In this document: one piece after another, positions 8,800 to 17,478 of the stretch
How positions within the stretch are numbered: position 1 is the stretch's first letter
Layout of the letters: the number at the start of each line of letters is the position of its first letter
Made by a program: the position numbers and the translations under genes
Notes under the pieces: generated by a model
Databases searched by the model: none
What the model was told of the DNA's origin: nothing
The model's input: only the letters and a program-made list of their open reading frames with translations
Origin: an uncultured Verrucomicrobiota bacterium
GTDB taxonomy: Bacteria > Verrucomicrobiota > Kiritimatiellia > JAAZAB01
NCBI GenBank assembly: GCA_964650945.1
Contig: CAZYXU010000003.1
Coordinates: 1,754 to 65,753 of the forward strand
DNA: 64,000 nt
Direction of reading: 5' to 3'

Positions 8800-9111
8800 A
8801 AGCAGTGTTCGGGGTTCAGTGTTCGGTGGAATAAAACTTTATGGAGTTATTCAAATTCTGACTCTTGAATTCCGGACTGTTGTAGCGCCACGGCGTGGCG
8901 CACTCCGGTTCCAACCGAGGCGAGCGCTGGCATAGCAAATGCCGAACGCCGTTCGGCTACTACATCCCGGAACATCCGCATTATTTTACCAATAGACTTT
9001 TGAAACTGGTTCGGTTTTTTATAAGGGCAAATTGCATGAATCGCGTTTTTAGAAGGTTTTAAGGTTTACGACTTTAAGGTTTTACGGCTGAACACCGAAC
9101 ACTGAACACTT
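8800..9111. repeat. MITE-like non-coding element. It has inverted terminal heptamer arrays (GTGTTCRG / CYGAACAC) flanked by a direct TTTGAAAG repeat, and two internal perfect palindromes
   Basis: Left end: TTTTGAAAG|CAGTGTTCGGGGTTCAGTGTTCGG. Right end: CTGAACACCGAACACTGAACACT|TTTGAAAG. Internal palindromes: GCGCCACGGCGTGGCGC and GCCGAACGCCGTTCGGC. No ORF with coding character. It contains the TTCAAATTCTGACTCTTGAATTCC module shared with the other copies. Confidence 0.55.
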
Positions 9112-10560
9112 TTGAAAGAGACTCTTATGCAAACGATTAAAAAAATTTACGGTTGCTTGCAGTCGCTCGCTTTCTGCCTATGCCTGGCTCAGGCCGGTTG
9201 CCTGGCGCCGCCAAGTCCGCCGCCGGCCGGGGCCGGGGAGGCGCTTGACGCCGCCAGCGCCGGCCGTCCGCCGGCGCCGTTGCTTTTGAATGATGACGAC
9301 CGCATCATGGTGCTGGCGCCGCACCCGGATGACGAGTCGCTGGCCGCCGGCGGGCTGATCCAGCAGGCCTTGGCGCGCAAGCTGCCGGTGAAGGTGGTCT
9401 TTTTCACTTATGGCGACAATAACGAATTGTCGTTCATGCTGTATCGCAAACGCCCCGTGGTGGCGCCGTCGGAAGTGCGGCGCATGGGCGAGGTGCGCCA
9501 TGCCGAGGCCCTGCGCGCCGCCGCCGTCCTGGGACTGGCGCCCGCCGACCTGGTTTTCCTGGGCTATCCCGATTTCGGCACGCTGGATATCTGGGAGCGG
9601 CACTGGGGAGATGCGCCGGCATTTTGCAGCATGCTCACCCGCGTGCGCGCCGTGAGTTATCCCGACGCTTTCCGGCCCGGCGCCGCCTATCGCGGCGAGG
9701 AGATTTTAAGGGATTTGGAAACGCTGCTGCGGGATTTCCGGCCGACGGCCCTGCTGGTATCGCACCCCGCGGATTTCAATCCCGACCACCGGGCGCTCTA
9801 CGCCTTCACCCGCGTGGCGCTTTGGAACCTGGCGCCGGAAATTCAGCCGCGGCTGCTGCCGTTCCTGGTGCATTTCAAACAATGGCCGGCCCCGCGCGGC
9901 TATCATCCGGATGAGGGCATGACCCCGCCGCCGGATTTGCTGGCGCCGATCCAGTGGCAGACGCTTCCGCTGCCCGCCGGCGTGGCGGCGGAAAAACGCC
10001 GCGCCTTGCAGGCGCATGCCTCCCAGTATGCCTACAGCGCCAAATTCCTGGATGCGTTCGCGCGCCGCAACGAAATCTTCGGCAACCTGCCGCCGGTGCG
10101 CCTGCGGCGCGCCGCCGCGCCGGCCAGCCTGGATGCGGACGTGTCCGCGGATGAAATCCCCGAGGTTTTGACCGGGGATGAACGCGCGGAATTTGTCGGC
10201 ATCGAAAAATATTCCGCCGCGATCAGCAACGGCACGCTGTGCCTGACGCTGGACTTCCGCCGCCCCCTGACCGGCGTGGTCCAGGCGTCGGTGTTTTGCT
10301 GCGGGTACCGCGCCGATACCCCGTTCGACCGGATGCCGAAAATCCAGGTGCGCATCGGCGCCACCCGGTCGGAGTGTTTGGATGGCGGCCGGCCCCTGCC
10401 GCGCGGGGCGGTGGCGATCGAACGCCACCTGCGCCGGCTGGAGGTGAAAATCCCGCTGGCGGTCGCCGGCAATCCCGACCGGGCGCTGGTCTGCGCCCGG
10501 ACCTACCTGGAAGAATTGCCGCTGGACTGGGCCGCCTGGCGGGTGCTGGAGTTTCAATGA
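9112..10560 (+). CDS. Lipoprotein-anchored PIG-L/LmbE-family N-acetylglucosaminyl deacetylase with a C-terminal extension of unknown function
   Basis: Lipobox LAQAGC after a signal peptide. IMVLAPHPDDESLAAGG is the PIG-L zinc-binding HPDDE signature. A ~250-aa C-terminal domain has no recognised motif. Confidence 0.75.
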   Translation: MKETLMQTIKKIYGCLQSLAFCLCLAQAGCLAPPSPPPAGAGEALDAASAGRPPAPLLLNDDDRIMVLAPHPDDESLAAGGLIQQALARKLPVKVVFFTYGDNNELSFMLYRKRPVVAPSEVRRMGEVRHAEALRAAAVLGLAPADLVFLGYPDFGTLDIWERHWGDAPAFCSMLTRVRAVSYPDAFRPGAAYRGEEILRDLETLLRDFRPTALLVSHPADFNPDHRALYAFTRVALWNLAPEIQPRLLPFLVHFKQWPAPRGYHPDEGMTPPPDLLAPIQWQTLPLPAGVAAEKRRALQAHASQYAYSAKFLDAFARRNEIFGNLPPVRLRRAAAPASLDADVSADEIPEVLTGDERAEFVGIEKYSAAISNGTLCLTLDFRRPLTGVVQASVFCCGYRADTPFDRMPKIQVRIGATRSECLDGGRPLPRGAVAIERHLRRLEVKIPLAVAGNPDRALVCARTYLEELPLDWAAWRVLEFQ

Positions 10561-11819
10561 TGCATGCGATTGTTCTCTCCATCGGCGACGAGTTGGTCCT
10601 GGGCCAGGTGGCGGATACCAATGCCGGCTGGCTCAGCGCCCGGCTCGCGGAATGCGGCATCATGACCGTCTGGCACCAGGCCGTGCCGGATGACCGGGCG
10701 GCCATCGCCGCCGCGCTGCGCCGCGCGGCGGATGCGGCCGAATTGATTATCGTTTCCGGCGGATTGGGGCCGACCCCGGACGACCTGACCCGCCCCGCCC
10801 TGGCGGATGCCCTCGGGGCGCCCCTGGAATTACATGCGCCGGCGCGGGAGCAAATCGAACGGTTCTTCCGCGACCGCGGCTGGGTCATGTCGGAATCCAA
10901 TTTGACGCAAGCTATGCTGCCGCGCGGCGCGGAATCGCTGCCCAATCCGGCCGGCACCGCCCCGGGCATCTGCGCGCGGCTGGGGCCGGCGGACGTGTTT
11001 GTCGTGCCCGGCGTGCCGCGTGAAATGCGCGCGCTGTTTAATTTGCATATTGCGCCGCGCCTGCGCGCGCAATCCGGCCGGGTAATTCTGACCGCCCGGT
11101 TGGACACCTTCGGGTTGGGCGAATCGAAGGTGGCGGATAAGCTCGGGGACTTGATGCGCCGCGGCCGCAACCCCCTGGTGGGCACGACGGTCGCGGACGG
11201 CATTGTCACCGTGCGCGTGCGTGCGGATTTTCCGGATGCGGAGGCGGCGCGCGCCGCGCTTGACCGGACGGTCCGGGATGCGCGCCAATGCCTGGGGCCG
11301 GCGGTCTTCAGCGACGGCACAGTCTCCCTGGCGGAGGTGGTCGGCGATCTTTTGCGCCGCCGGCAATGGCGGTTGGCCGCGGCGGAAAGCTGCACCGGCG
11401 GCTTGCTGGGAAAAATGCTGACCGATGCCCCCGGCGCCAGCGATTTTTACCTGGGCGGCTGGGTGGTTTACGATAATGCCATGAAAACCAGCCAGTTGGG
11501 CGTGCCGGAATCCATGCTGCAAACCGCGGGCGCCGTCAGCGAGGCGGTGGTGCGGCATCTGGCCGAGGCGGCGCTCCAACGCGCCGGGGCGGATTGCGCC
11601 CTGGCCGTTTCCGGGATCGCCGGACCGGCCGGCGGCACGCCGGACAAGCCGGTGGGCACGATCTGGATCGCGCTGGGCGAGCGCTGCGGCGGCCGGATTG
11701 TCACGCAGGCGGAACGCTGGCTCTGGCCGGGCGAGCGCGCGCTGGTGCGCGACCGCGCGGCCAAAGCCGCCTTGAATATGCTGCGCTTGCGCCTGCTGGA
11801 AACTTGTCCGCCGCCATGA
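10557..11819 (+). CDS. cinA: CinA-family protein (competence/damage-inducible; NMN deamidase PncC-like C-terminal domain plus MocF-like N-terminal domain)
   Basis: MMHAIVLSIGDELVLGQVADTNAGWL (MoCF-biosynthesis-like N-terminus) and a C-terminal CinA domain (AAAESCTGGLLG). Its start ATG overlaps the previous gene's stop (ATGA), which indicates translational coupling. Confidence 0.85.
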   Translation: MMHAIVLSIGDELVLGQVADTNAGWLSARLAECGIMTVWHQAVPDDRAAIAAALRRAADAAELIIVSGGLGPTPDDLTRPALADALGAPLELHAPAREQIERFFRDRGWVMSESNLTQAMLPRGAESLPNPAGTAPGICARLGPADVFVVPGVPREMRALFNLHIAPRLRAQSGRVILTARLDTFGLGESKVADKLGDLMRRGRNPLVGTTVADGIVTVRVRADFPDAEAARAALDRTVRDARQCLGPAVFSDGTVSLAEVVGDLLRRRQWRLAAAESCTGGLLGKMLTDAPGASDFYLGGWVVYDNAMKTSQLGVPESMLQTAGAVSEAVVRHLAEAALQRAGADCALAVSGIAGPAGGTPDKPVGTIWIALGERCGGRIVTQAERWLWPGERALVRDRAAKAALNMLRLRLLETCPPP

Positions 11820-11827
11820 ATTTTGTC

Positions 11828-11960
11828 TGCTGAGTCTCTTTCAAAAGTGTTCAGTGTTCAGTGTTCGGCACCAGAGATTTTATAGTAACGCAACACATTG
11901 ATCTTGGCCGTTTGCAATTATTTTGAATTCTGACTTCTGAATCCTGAATTCATTCAAAAC
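11828..11960. repeat. Partial copy of the intergenic repeat family (GAGTCTCTTTCAAAAG–(TGTTCAG)3–…–TTGAATTCTGACTTCTGAATCCTGAATTC)
   Basis: The 20-mer GAGTCTCTTTCAAAAGTGTT is the exact reverse complement of the right end of the 8800–9111 element (AACACTTTTGAAAGAGACTC). It also shares the GAATTCAGA module. Confidence 0.5.
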
Positions 11961-12017
11961 GTGAGTTTTGAAATATGCTCTGATGCATGCTTTGCGATTA
12001 TTTGGCAGGCGATCAAA

Positions 12018-15000
12018 ATGCACAATGCCAAGTGGATTGGTTCAATCGGGTTGGCAGCGGGTTTATGGCTGACGCTGGGCTCGGGCTTAAGCCGCGCCCA
12101 GGCGCTGGTCATCCCCGCCGCCGGGCTCCGCGCCGGGGGCAACCCGCCGGGGATGATCGGCGGCCCCGGAACGCCCATCGTCGGCTGGGAGGAAATCGCG
12201 GGCTTGCCGCTCGGCGAGCAATTTCTGGGGGCGGGAGTCTTGAGCGGCGCGGTCTATGCCGTGGGCGGGATGAATGCGACTTATTCCGCCCCGCTCTATA
12301 CCAACGTCTTCCGGTATGACGGCGCCGCCTGGACGCCGGCGCCGGCGCTCCCCGGCGCCGCTTATACCCTGGCCGTGGCATGCTACAGCAATGCGCTGTA
12401 TACCCTGGGCGGCTTTGCCGGCTCCGGCACCCGTACGAATGTTTACAAGTTCGATGGCGCCGGCTGGTCCGAGGTGGCGGGGTTGCCGGCCGGCCGGGGC
12501 GCCGGCGCGGCCGCGGTCTGGAATGACGCCTTGTATTATATCGGCGGCCGCAATACCGCCGGCGCCGCCCAGACGAATGTTTACCGCTATAACGGCGCAA
12601 CCTGGAGCCAGGTGCGCGGCCTGCCCGCCCCGCGCGGCTGCCTGACCGCCAATGTCTGGAATGGCGCGCTGTATGCCGTCGGGGGCAGTGATGCGACGAA
12701 CGTTTACCAATACGACGGCACGAACTGGACGGAAACGGCGGGCTTGCCGGTCATCATGGGCTATGCGGCTTCCGGCGTCCTGGACGACGGGCTCCATGTT
12801 TTCGGCGGGGAGAGCGGCGCCGGGCAGACCAATGTGTATCGGTTTGACGGCACGAACTGGACGGCGGTTCCCGGCCTGCCCACCGCGCGCTTTGGCGTGG
12901 GCGGCGCCGTCCTCAGCAACGTCTTGTATTCCATCGGCGGGTTCGTCAGCGGTGTCTCCACCAATGTGTACCGCTCCGTGCTGACCGATTACCTGGGCGT
13001 GACGCCGTCCAACGGCGCCATGGCCGGCGGGTATGAAGTCGTGATCACCGGGACCAACCTCTCCGATGGCGCCGATGTCACCAATGTCACATTGTGCGGC
13101 GTCACCGCCGCGGTTGCCCGGGTGCATGGCGGCACCCAGATCGTGGCGATCGCCGGCGCCGGCCCGCCCGGTTTGGGCGACGTGCGCGTGTTTTCCGCAA
13201 GTTTTGGAGAATCGGTCCGCACCAATGCTTTTACATATATGGGCGCGGACATGCTCTGCCTGGGAACCAATGGCGCGGCTATCCCGAATGCGGCGCACGC
13301 CGCGGCGGAGAATGGGACGGATTTCGGCGAGCTGCCCTGGGGCGGCGCCCGCACGAATTATCTGGTGATCACTAACTCCGGCAACCAGGATTTGACGATC
13401 AACGGGATCGGCGTGCATGGCGCCGGGGCCGCTGCGTTCAAGGTTGTGTCGCCGCCGGCGCTGGTGCCGCCCGGCGGCGCATCGAATTTCGCGGCGGTGT
13501 TCGCGCCGCCCGGTCCGGGTGCGTATCCGGCAGCCTTCGGCATCGCCAATAATTCATCCAATCCCTTGTATGTGATCTACCTGGCGGGCGTAGGTGTAAA
13601 ACGTACGCAGACGTTATCGTTTTCAGCGGCAGATCACCTGGCGGTCACGGCTTCCGTGGCGTTGACGGCTTCGGCTTCATCCGGGTTGCCGGTAAGTTTT
13701 TCGGCGATGCCCCCCGGACGCATCACGGGCGGCAATATCCTCTCTTTCAACGGGACGGGCCAGGTGACTGTCGCGGCGGCGCAGGCCGGCAATGTCGATT
13801 GGCACGCCGCCGCGGCAACGCAAACAGTCCGGGTGACGCAGTATGGCCCATCCGCCGGCCGGCTGGCGGTGGAATTAACGCCGGCCGGCGGATCATGGAC
13901 CATGGTCAGCGCGCCGGCCGCGTATGTCGGGCCCTGGTCGGGAATCGGGCGCCTGGCTGCCATCCCGGCGCCGCCGGGCGGCTACCGCGTCGCCTGGGGC
14001 GCCCTGGCCGGTTATGCGCCGCCCCTGCCGCATTCCGGCGAACTGGCGCCGGGCAGCGCGTTGGTGTTCACGGGAATATACTTGCAGGTTACGGATGATC
14101 TGGCGCCGCCGCCGGGCGTGTCGGCGACGGCCGGAGTCTATACGAATTTGGTGCGGGTTTCCTGGCAGGGCGTGCCTGGCGCCGCGATTTATGAAATACG
14201 CCGCCACACCGCGAACGATCCGGCCCGCTCAAGCTGGCTGGCGGAAGTGCCGGCGGGCGCCGGAGCGCAAGCTGATGATCCCACGCCTGCAACTTATGCT
14301 TACGATGACTACGACGTTTTGCCCAACGTTTCCAGCTACTACTGGGTGCGGGCGAAAACGGCGGCGCGCATCAGCCGGTTCAGCCGGGCCGGCATGGGCT
14401 ATGCCCGGTTGGACCCCGGCGCCATGCAGGGCGTTTCAGACCTGGCGGCGGACGACCTGGTGTTTCTGCCGGTGAATCTCCAGCCCGATTCCGCCGCCGG
14501 CACAGTGTCGTTCCGACTGGCCAATTACGGGCCGGATGCCGTGAACGGCGCGGCGGTAGCGCTGGATTTCTACATGGGCGCGGCCGGCGGGGAGCTGCTG
14601 TGGATGGGCGGGGATCGCCGGAATTTCACGCTGGCGTCCGGCGCGGAAGAGTTGGTGGTGCTGGCCGCCGCCGCCCGGGGCGGCATAATCGCGCGCGGCG
14701 ATCTGCCGCATGATTCCCCGTTAACCGTGCGCGTGCGGGTGCGCCACCTGACCGCCCGGCGCGATCCCAATCCGCTGAATGACACGGCCGCCGCCGCCGG
14801 AACGGCGCGCATCCGCGCGGCCGGCGCGAGTTCCAGAGGACGCGGATTGACGGATTACGACGGCGACGGCAAGTCGGATTTGGCGGTGCTGAGCGCCGAT
14901 CGCAGCTTGTTCGTCTTCCTGGCGACCGGCGACCGGTTTGCGCAGATGCATTGGGAGGCTGGAGCCGCAGGCCCCGGTTTGTATCATGCGGCTCCCGGCG

Positions 15001-15701
15001 ATTACGACGGCGACGGCATCCTGGACCTGGGACTGTTCGATGAGGCGGCCGGAATATTTTATGTGCGCTATTCCAGCACGGGGATGGCCGCATCGGCAAC
15101 GCTGGGCGGGCCGGGTTGCCGCCCGGCCGTGGCGGATTACGACGGCGACGGCCGCAGCGATCCGGCCGTGTACCAGGCGGCGGAAGGTTATTGGACGGGT
15201 TGGTTGTCGGCGGAAAATTACTCGCAAAAGTATACCTATGCCGGCGGGCCGCGCTATGCGCCCGTGCCGGCGGATTACGATGGAGACGGGCTGGCCGATC
15301 CGGTGGCCTATTCCAGGGTCATCGGCGCCTGGGCGGGCCGGCTCTCCGGACTGGGATATCAGCCCGTCGCCTTGCTTTCCGGCGTGCCGGATGCGCAGGC
15401 CGTGCCGGGCGATTACGACGGGGACGGCCTGGCGGACCTGGCGCTATACCAGGCTGCCGGCGGACAATGGCTGGTGCGTCTCTCCAATCACGGCGCGTGG
15501 GATGTTTCCGCCGCGCTGGTCCTGGGCGGCCCCGGTTACGTTCCCGTGCCGGGCGATTACGACGGCGACGGTCTGTCCGATCCCGCGGTTTACAGCGCCG
15601 CGGCCGGCGGGGTTTGGCGGGGATTGTTGTCTGCGCAGGGATACGCTCCGGAAATTGAAGGCTATTTCGGCGGTATGGATTACGAGCCGATGTTTGAATA
15701 A
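12018..15701 (+). CDS. Large secreted protein: N-terminal Kelch-repeat beta-propeller, IPT/TIG domain, and C-terminal FG-GAP/VCBS-type (integrin-alpha-like) repeats
   Basis: Signal peptide MHNAKWIGSIGLAAGLWLTLGSGLSRAQA. Six or more Kelch-like repeats are present (…ALYxxGG…TNVYxYDGxxW…). The TIG-like segment is GGYEVVITGTNLSDGADVTNVTLCGV. Seven DYDGDG(K/R/L)SD…Y repeats sit near the C-terminus. The start was moved from 11961 to the Met preceding the signal peptide. Confidence 0.75.
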   Translation: MHNAKWIGSIGLAAGLWLTLGSGLSRAQALVIPAAGLRAGGNPPGMIGGPGTPIVGWEEIAGLPLGEQFLGAGVLSGAVYAVGGMNATYSAPLYTNVFRYDGAAWTPAPALPGAAYTLAVACYSNALYTLGGFAGSGTRTNVYKFDGAGWSEVAGLPAGRGAGAAAVWNDALYYIGGRNTAGAAQTNVYRYNGATWSQVRGLPAPRGCLTANVWNGALYAVGGSDATNVYQYDGTNWTETAGLPVIMGYAASGVLDDGLHVFGGESGAGQTNVYRFDGTNWTAVPGLPTARFGVGGAVLSNVLYSIGGFVSGVSTNVYRSVLTDYLGVTPSNGAMAGGYEVVITGTNLSDGADVTNVTLCGVTAAVARVHGGTQIVAIAGAGPPGLGDVRVFSASFGESVRTNAFTYMGADMLCLGTNGAAIPNAAHAAAENGTDFGELPWGGARTNYLVITNSGNQDLTINGIGVHGAGAAAFKVVSPPALVPPGGASNFAAVFAPPGPGAYPAAFGIANNSSNPLYVIYLAGVGVKRTQTLSFSAADHLAVTASVALTASASSGLPVSFSAMPPGRITGGNILSFNGTGQVTVAAAQAGNVDWHAAAATQTVRVTQYGPSAGRLAVELTPAGGSWTMVSAPAAYVGPWSGIGRLAAIPAPPGGYRVAWGALAGYAPPLPHSGELAPGSALVFTGIYLQVTDDLAPPPGVSATAGVYTNLVRVSWQGVPGAAIYEIRRHTANDPARSSWLAEVPAGAGAQADDPTPATYAYDDYDVLPNVSSYYWVRAKTAARISRFSRAGMGYARLDPGAMQGVSDLAADDLVFLPVNLQPDSAAGTVSFRLANYGPDAVNGAAVALDFYMGAAGGELLWMGGDRRNFTLASGAEELVVLAAAARGGIIARGDLPHDSPLTVRVRVRHLTARRDPNPLNDTAAAAGTARIRAAGASSRGRGLTDYDGDGKSDLAVLSADRSLFVFLATGDRFAQMHWEAGAAGPGLYHAAPGDYDGDGILDLGLFDEAAGIFYVRYSSTGMAASATLGGPGCRPAVADYDGDGRSDPAVYQAAEGYWTGWLSAENYSQKYTYAGGPRYAPVPADYDGDGLADPVAYSRVIGAWAGRLSGLGYQPVALLSGVPDAQAVPGDYDGDGLADLALYQAAGGQWLVRLSNHGAWDVSAALVLGGPGYVPVPGDYDGDGLSDPAVYSAAAGGVWRGLLSAQGYAPEIEGYFGGMDYEPMFE

Positions 15702-15828
15702 CCCCCATCGCCCGTCCAGGCGGGGCATGCCAAAGATAAATCTCCCTCGCCCTCGTACGCATATGTGCAACGAGAGGCGGAACGCCGCGCGGGGAGGAGC
15801 CGGGCCGGCTGATCTCCCGGCAGAGGAG

Positions 15829-16914
15829 CTAGCTCCGCAACGGCAATTGCACTTCCCGGCGGGTTTTCCACGACCGGTAAATGGCCAGGATCAATTCTAC
15901 GGCCCGGCGTGCCTCCGGGCCGGGCACCATGGGCTCGGTGTTCCGGCGGATGGCGCGGCAAAAATCCCGCACTTGCAGCGTATGCCCGTCGGACGACAGC
16001 GCGGTGTGGTCGCTGGCCAATTTGCCGTAGGCGTCTCCGCCGGTTTTCCGCCGGTTGAATTTTTCGCCGAGGTTGACCGGCTGCGGCTCGTGCTTGCCCT
16101 TGATCAGGCGGGCGGTCCAGCATTTGACCGGGCCGTCCCCCAGGATAATCGAGCCGCGTTCGCCGTGGATCATCGTTTTGCAGCCCATGCCGGGCACCAC
16201 GGAGGTGGTGCCGATGATATTGCCCAGGGCGCCGTTTTTGAAGCGGACGACGGAGACGGAGGTGTCCTCAACCTCAATCTGGCGCACCAGGCGGTCGGTG
16301 TAGGTGAAGACGCTCGCGGCATCGCCCATCAGCCAGAGCAGCAGGTCAATGCCATGCACGGCCTGGTTCATCAAGGCGCCGCCGCCGTCGAGTTTCCAGG
16401 TGCCGCGCCAGCCGGCGGAACGGAAATAGGCGGGGGACCGGTAGTATTTCTGGTGGCAGTCGCCCAGCACCAGCTTGCCCAGCAGGCCCCGCCGCAGCGC
16501 CTGCTTGGCGAGCAGGCTGTCGGTGTCGGTGCGTTTCTGGAAAATACAGCCCAGCTTGACGCCGGCCCGGTCGCAGGCTTCGATCATGCGGTCCATGCTG
16601 GCCAGCGTGATATCCAGGGGCTTTTCGCTGAGCACGTGCCGGCCGGCTTTGGCGGCGTCAATCGCGCCCTGGTGGTGCAGTCCGGAAGGCGTGCAGACGC
16701 TGACCGCCTGGATGCCGGGCTCCCGGCGCAGCATTTCACGGTGGCTGGTGTAGAAGCGGGCCTTGGATCCATGCTCGCGCAAAACCTTTTCGCGGCGCGG
16801 GTCAATATCGCAGACGGCAAGCAATTCCGCTTCCGGGGCGTTGTTGACGGCCTTGGCGTGATGCGGGCCGATGACCCCGTAACCGATGATTCCCCAGCCG
16901 ATTTTTCCGCTCAT
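15829..16914 (-). CDS. Gfo/Idh/MocA-family NAD(P)-dependent oxidoreductase
   Basis: N-terminal Rossmann motif GIIGYGVIGPHHAKA, the EKP motif (VLSEKPLDITL), and a C-terminal GFO_IDH_MocA_C-like domain. Confidence 0.85.
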   Translation of the reverse strand: MSGKIGWGIIGYGVIGPHHAKAVNNAPEAELLAVCDIDPRREKVLREHGSKARFYTSHREMLRREPGIQAVSVCTPSGLHHQGAIDAAKAGRHVLSEKPLDITLASMDRMIEACDRAGVKLGCIFQKRTDTDSLLAKQALRRGLLGKLVLGDCHQKYYRSPAYFRSAGWRGTWKLDGGGALMNQAVHGIDLLLWLMGDAASVFTYTDRLVRQIEVEDTSVSVVRFKNGALGNIIGTTSVVPGMGCKTMIHGERGSIILGDGPVKCWTARLIKGKHEPQPVNLGEKFNRRKTGGDAYGKLASDHTALSSDGHTLQVRDFCRAIRRNTEPMVPGPEARRAVELILAIYRSWKTRREVQLPLRS

Positions 16915-17139
16915 GATTTCCCTTGCATGTGTTGTGATTGCCTTAAATCAGCGGCGGCGGGCCGCGGCCGGGACGGCCCGGCGGTGGTTGCCGCTCAGGC
17001 CGTATTGTACCGCCAGCCGGCGCGGCATGTAATGCGACCAAAAATAGTTTAAAATCAGGATATTGTCAACATCCCAGAAATACTGTTTTTTTACTTGCAA
17101 AGCCGGGGGGGATTGCATACAGTATTGGCAGTATTTCCG

Positions 17140-17216
17140 GGGGGAGTAGCTCAATTGGTTAGAGTCCCAGACTGTCGATCTGGTTGTTGCGGGTTCGAGT
17201 CCCGTCTCTCCCGCCA
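17140..17216 (+). tRNA. tRNA-Asp (anticodon GUC)
   Basis: Cloverleaf folded by hand. Acceptor GGGGGAG/CTCTCCC, D-arm GCTC…GAGT, anticodon stem CCAGA/TCTGG with loop CTGTCGA (anticodon GTC), T-arm GCGGG-TTCGAGT-CCCGT, discriminator G, and an encoded CCA. Confidence 0.9.
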
Positions 17217-17377
17217 CGGATTGCCGGTCCGACACCCATGCGCCCGCCCCAGCGCGCACGGCATCCGCCGGCAGCAAATACGGCGCTGGCAGCCTTGGCG
17301 CGCGTCTTTGACCGGTCGGATTTTTCTGCTGCAAGCCAGGCTTGGCGCTGCGCCGGCAGGCTGGCGCCGGCATTCAT

Positions 17378-17453
17378 GGCGATGTAGCTCAGTTGGTAGA
17401 GCGGAGGACTCATAAGCCTTAGGTCCGGGGTTCGAATCCCCGCGTCGCCACCA
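17378..17453 (+). tRNA. tRNA-Met (anticodon CAU; elongator Met versus lysidine-modified Ile2 cannot be distinguished)
   Basis: Acceptor GGCGATG/CGTCGCC, D-arm GCTC-AGTTGGTA-GAGC, anticodon loop CTCATAA, T-arm CGGGG-TTCGAAT-CCCCG, and an encoded CCA. One A·G mismatch at 31·39 in the anticodon stem. Confidence 0.85.
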
Positions 17454-17478
17454 TATCGAATATGCTTGAGGTAGATTT

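Noticed and set aside
17140-17453. tRNA-Asp/tRNA-Met pair as the integration site of a genomic island or prophage
   Set aside because: No integrase, no direct repeat of a tRNA 3' end downstream, and the flanking genes are ordinary chromosomal genes (oxidoreductase, EIIA fusion, trkAH).
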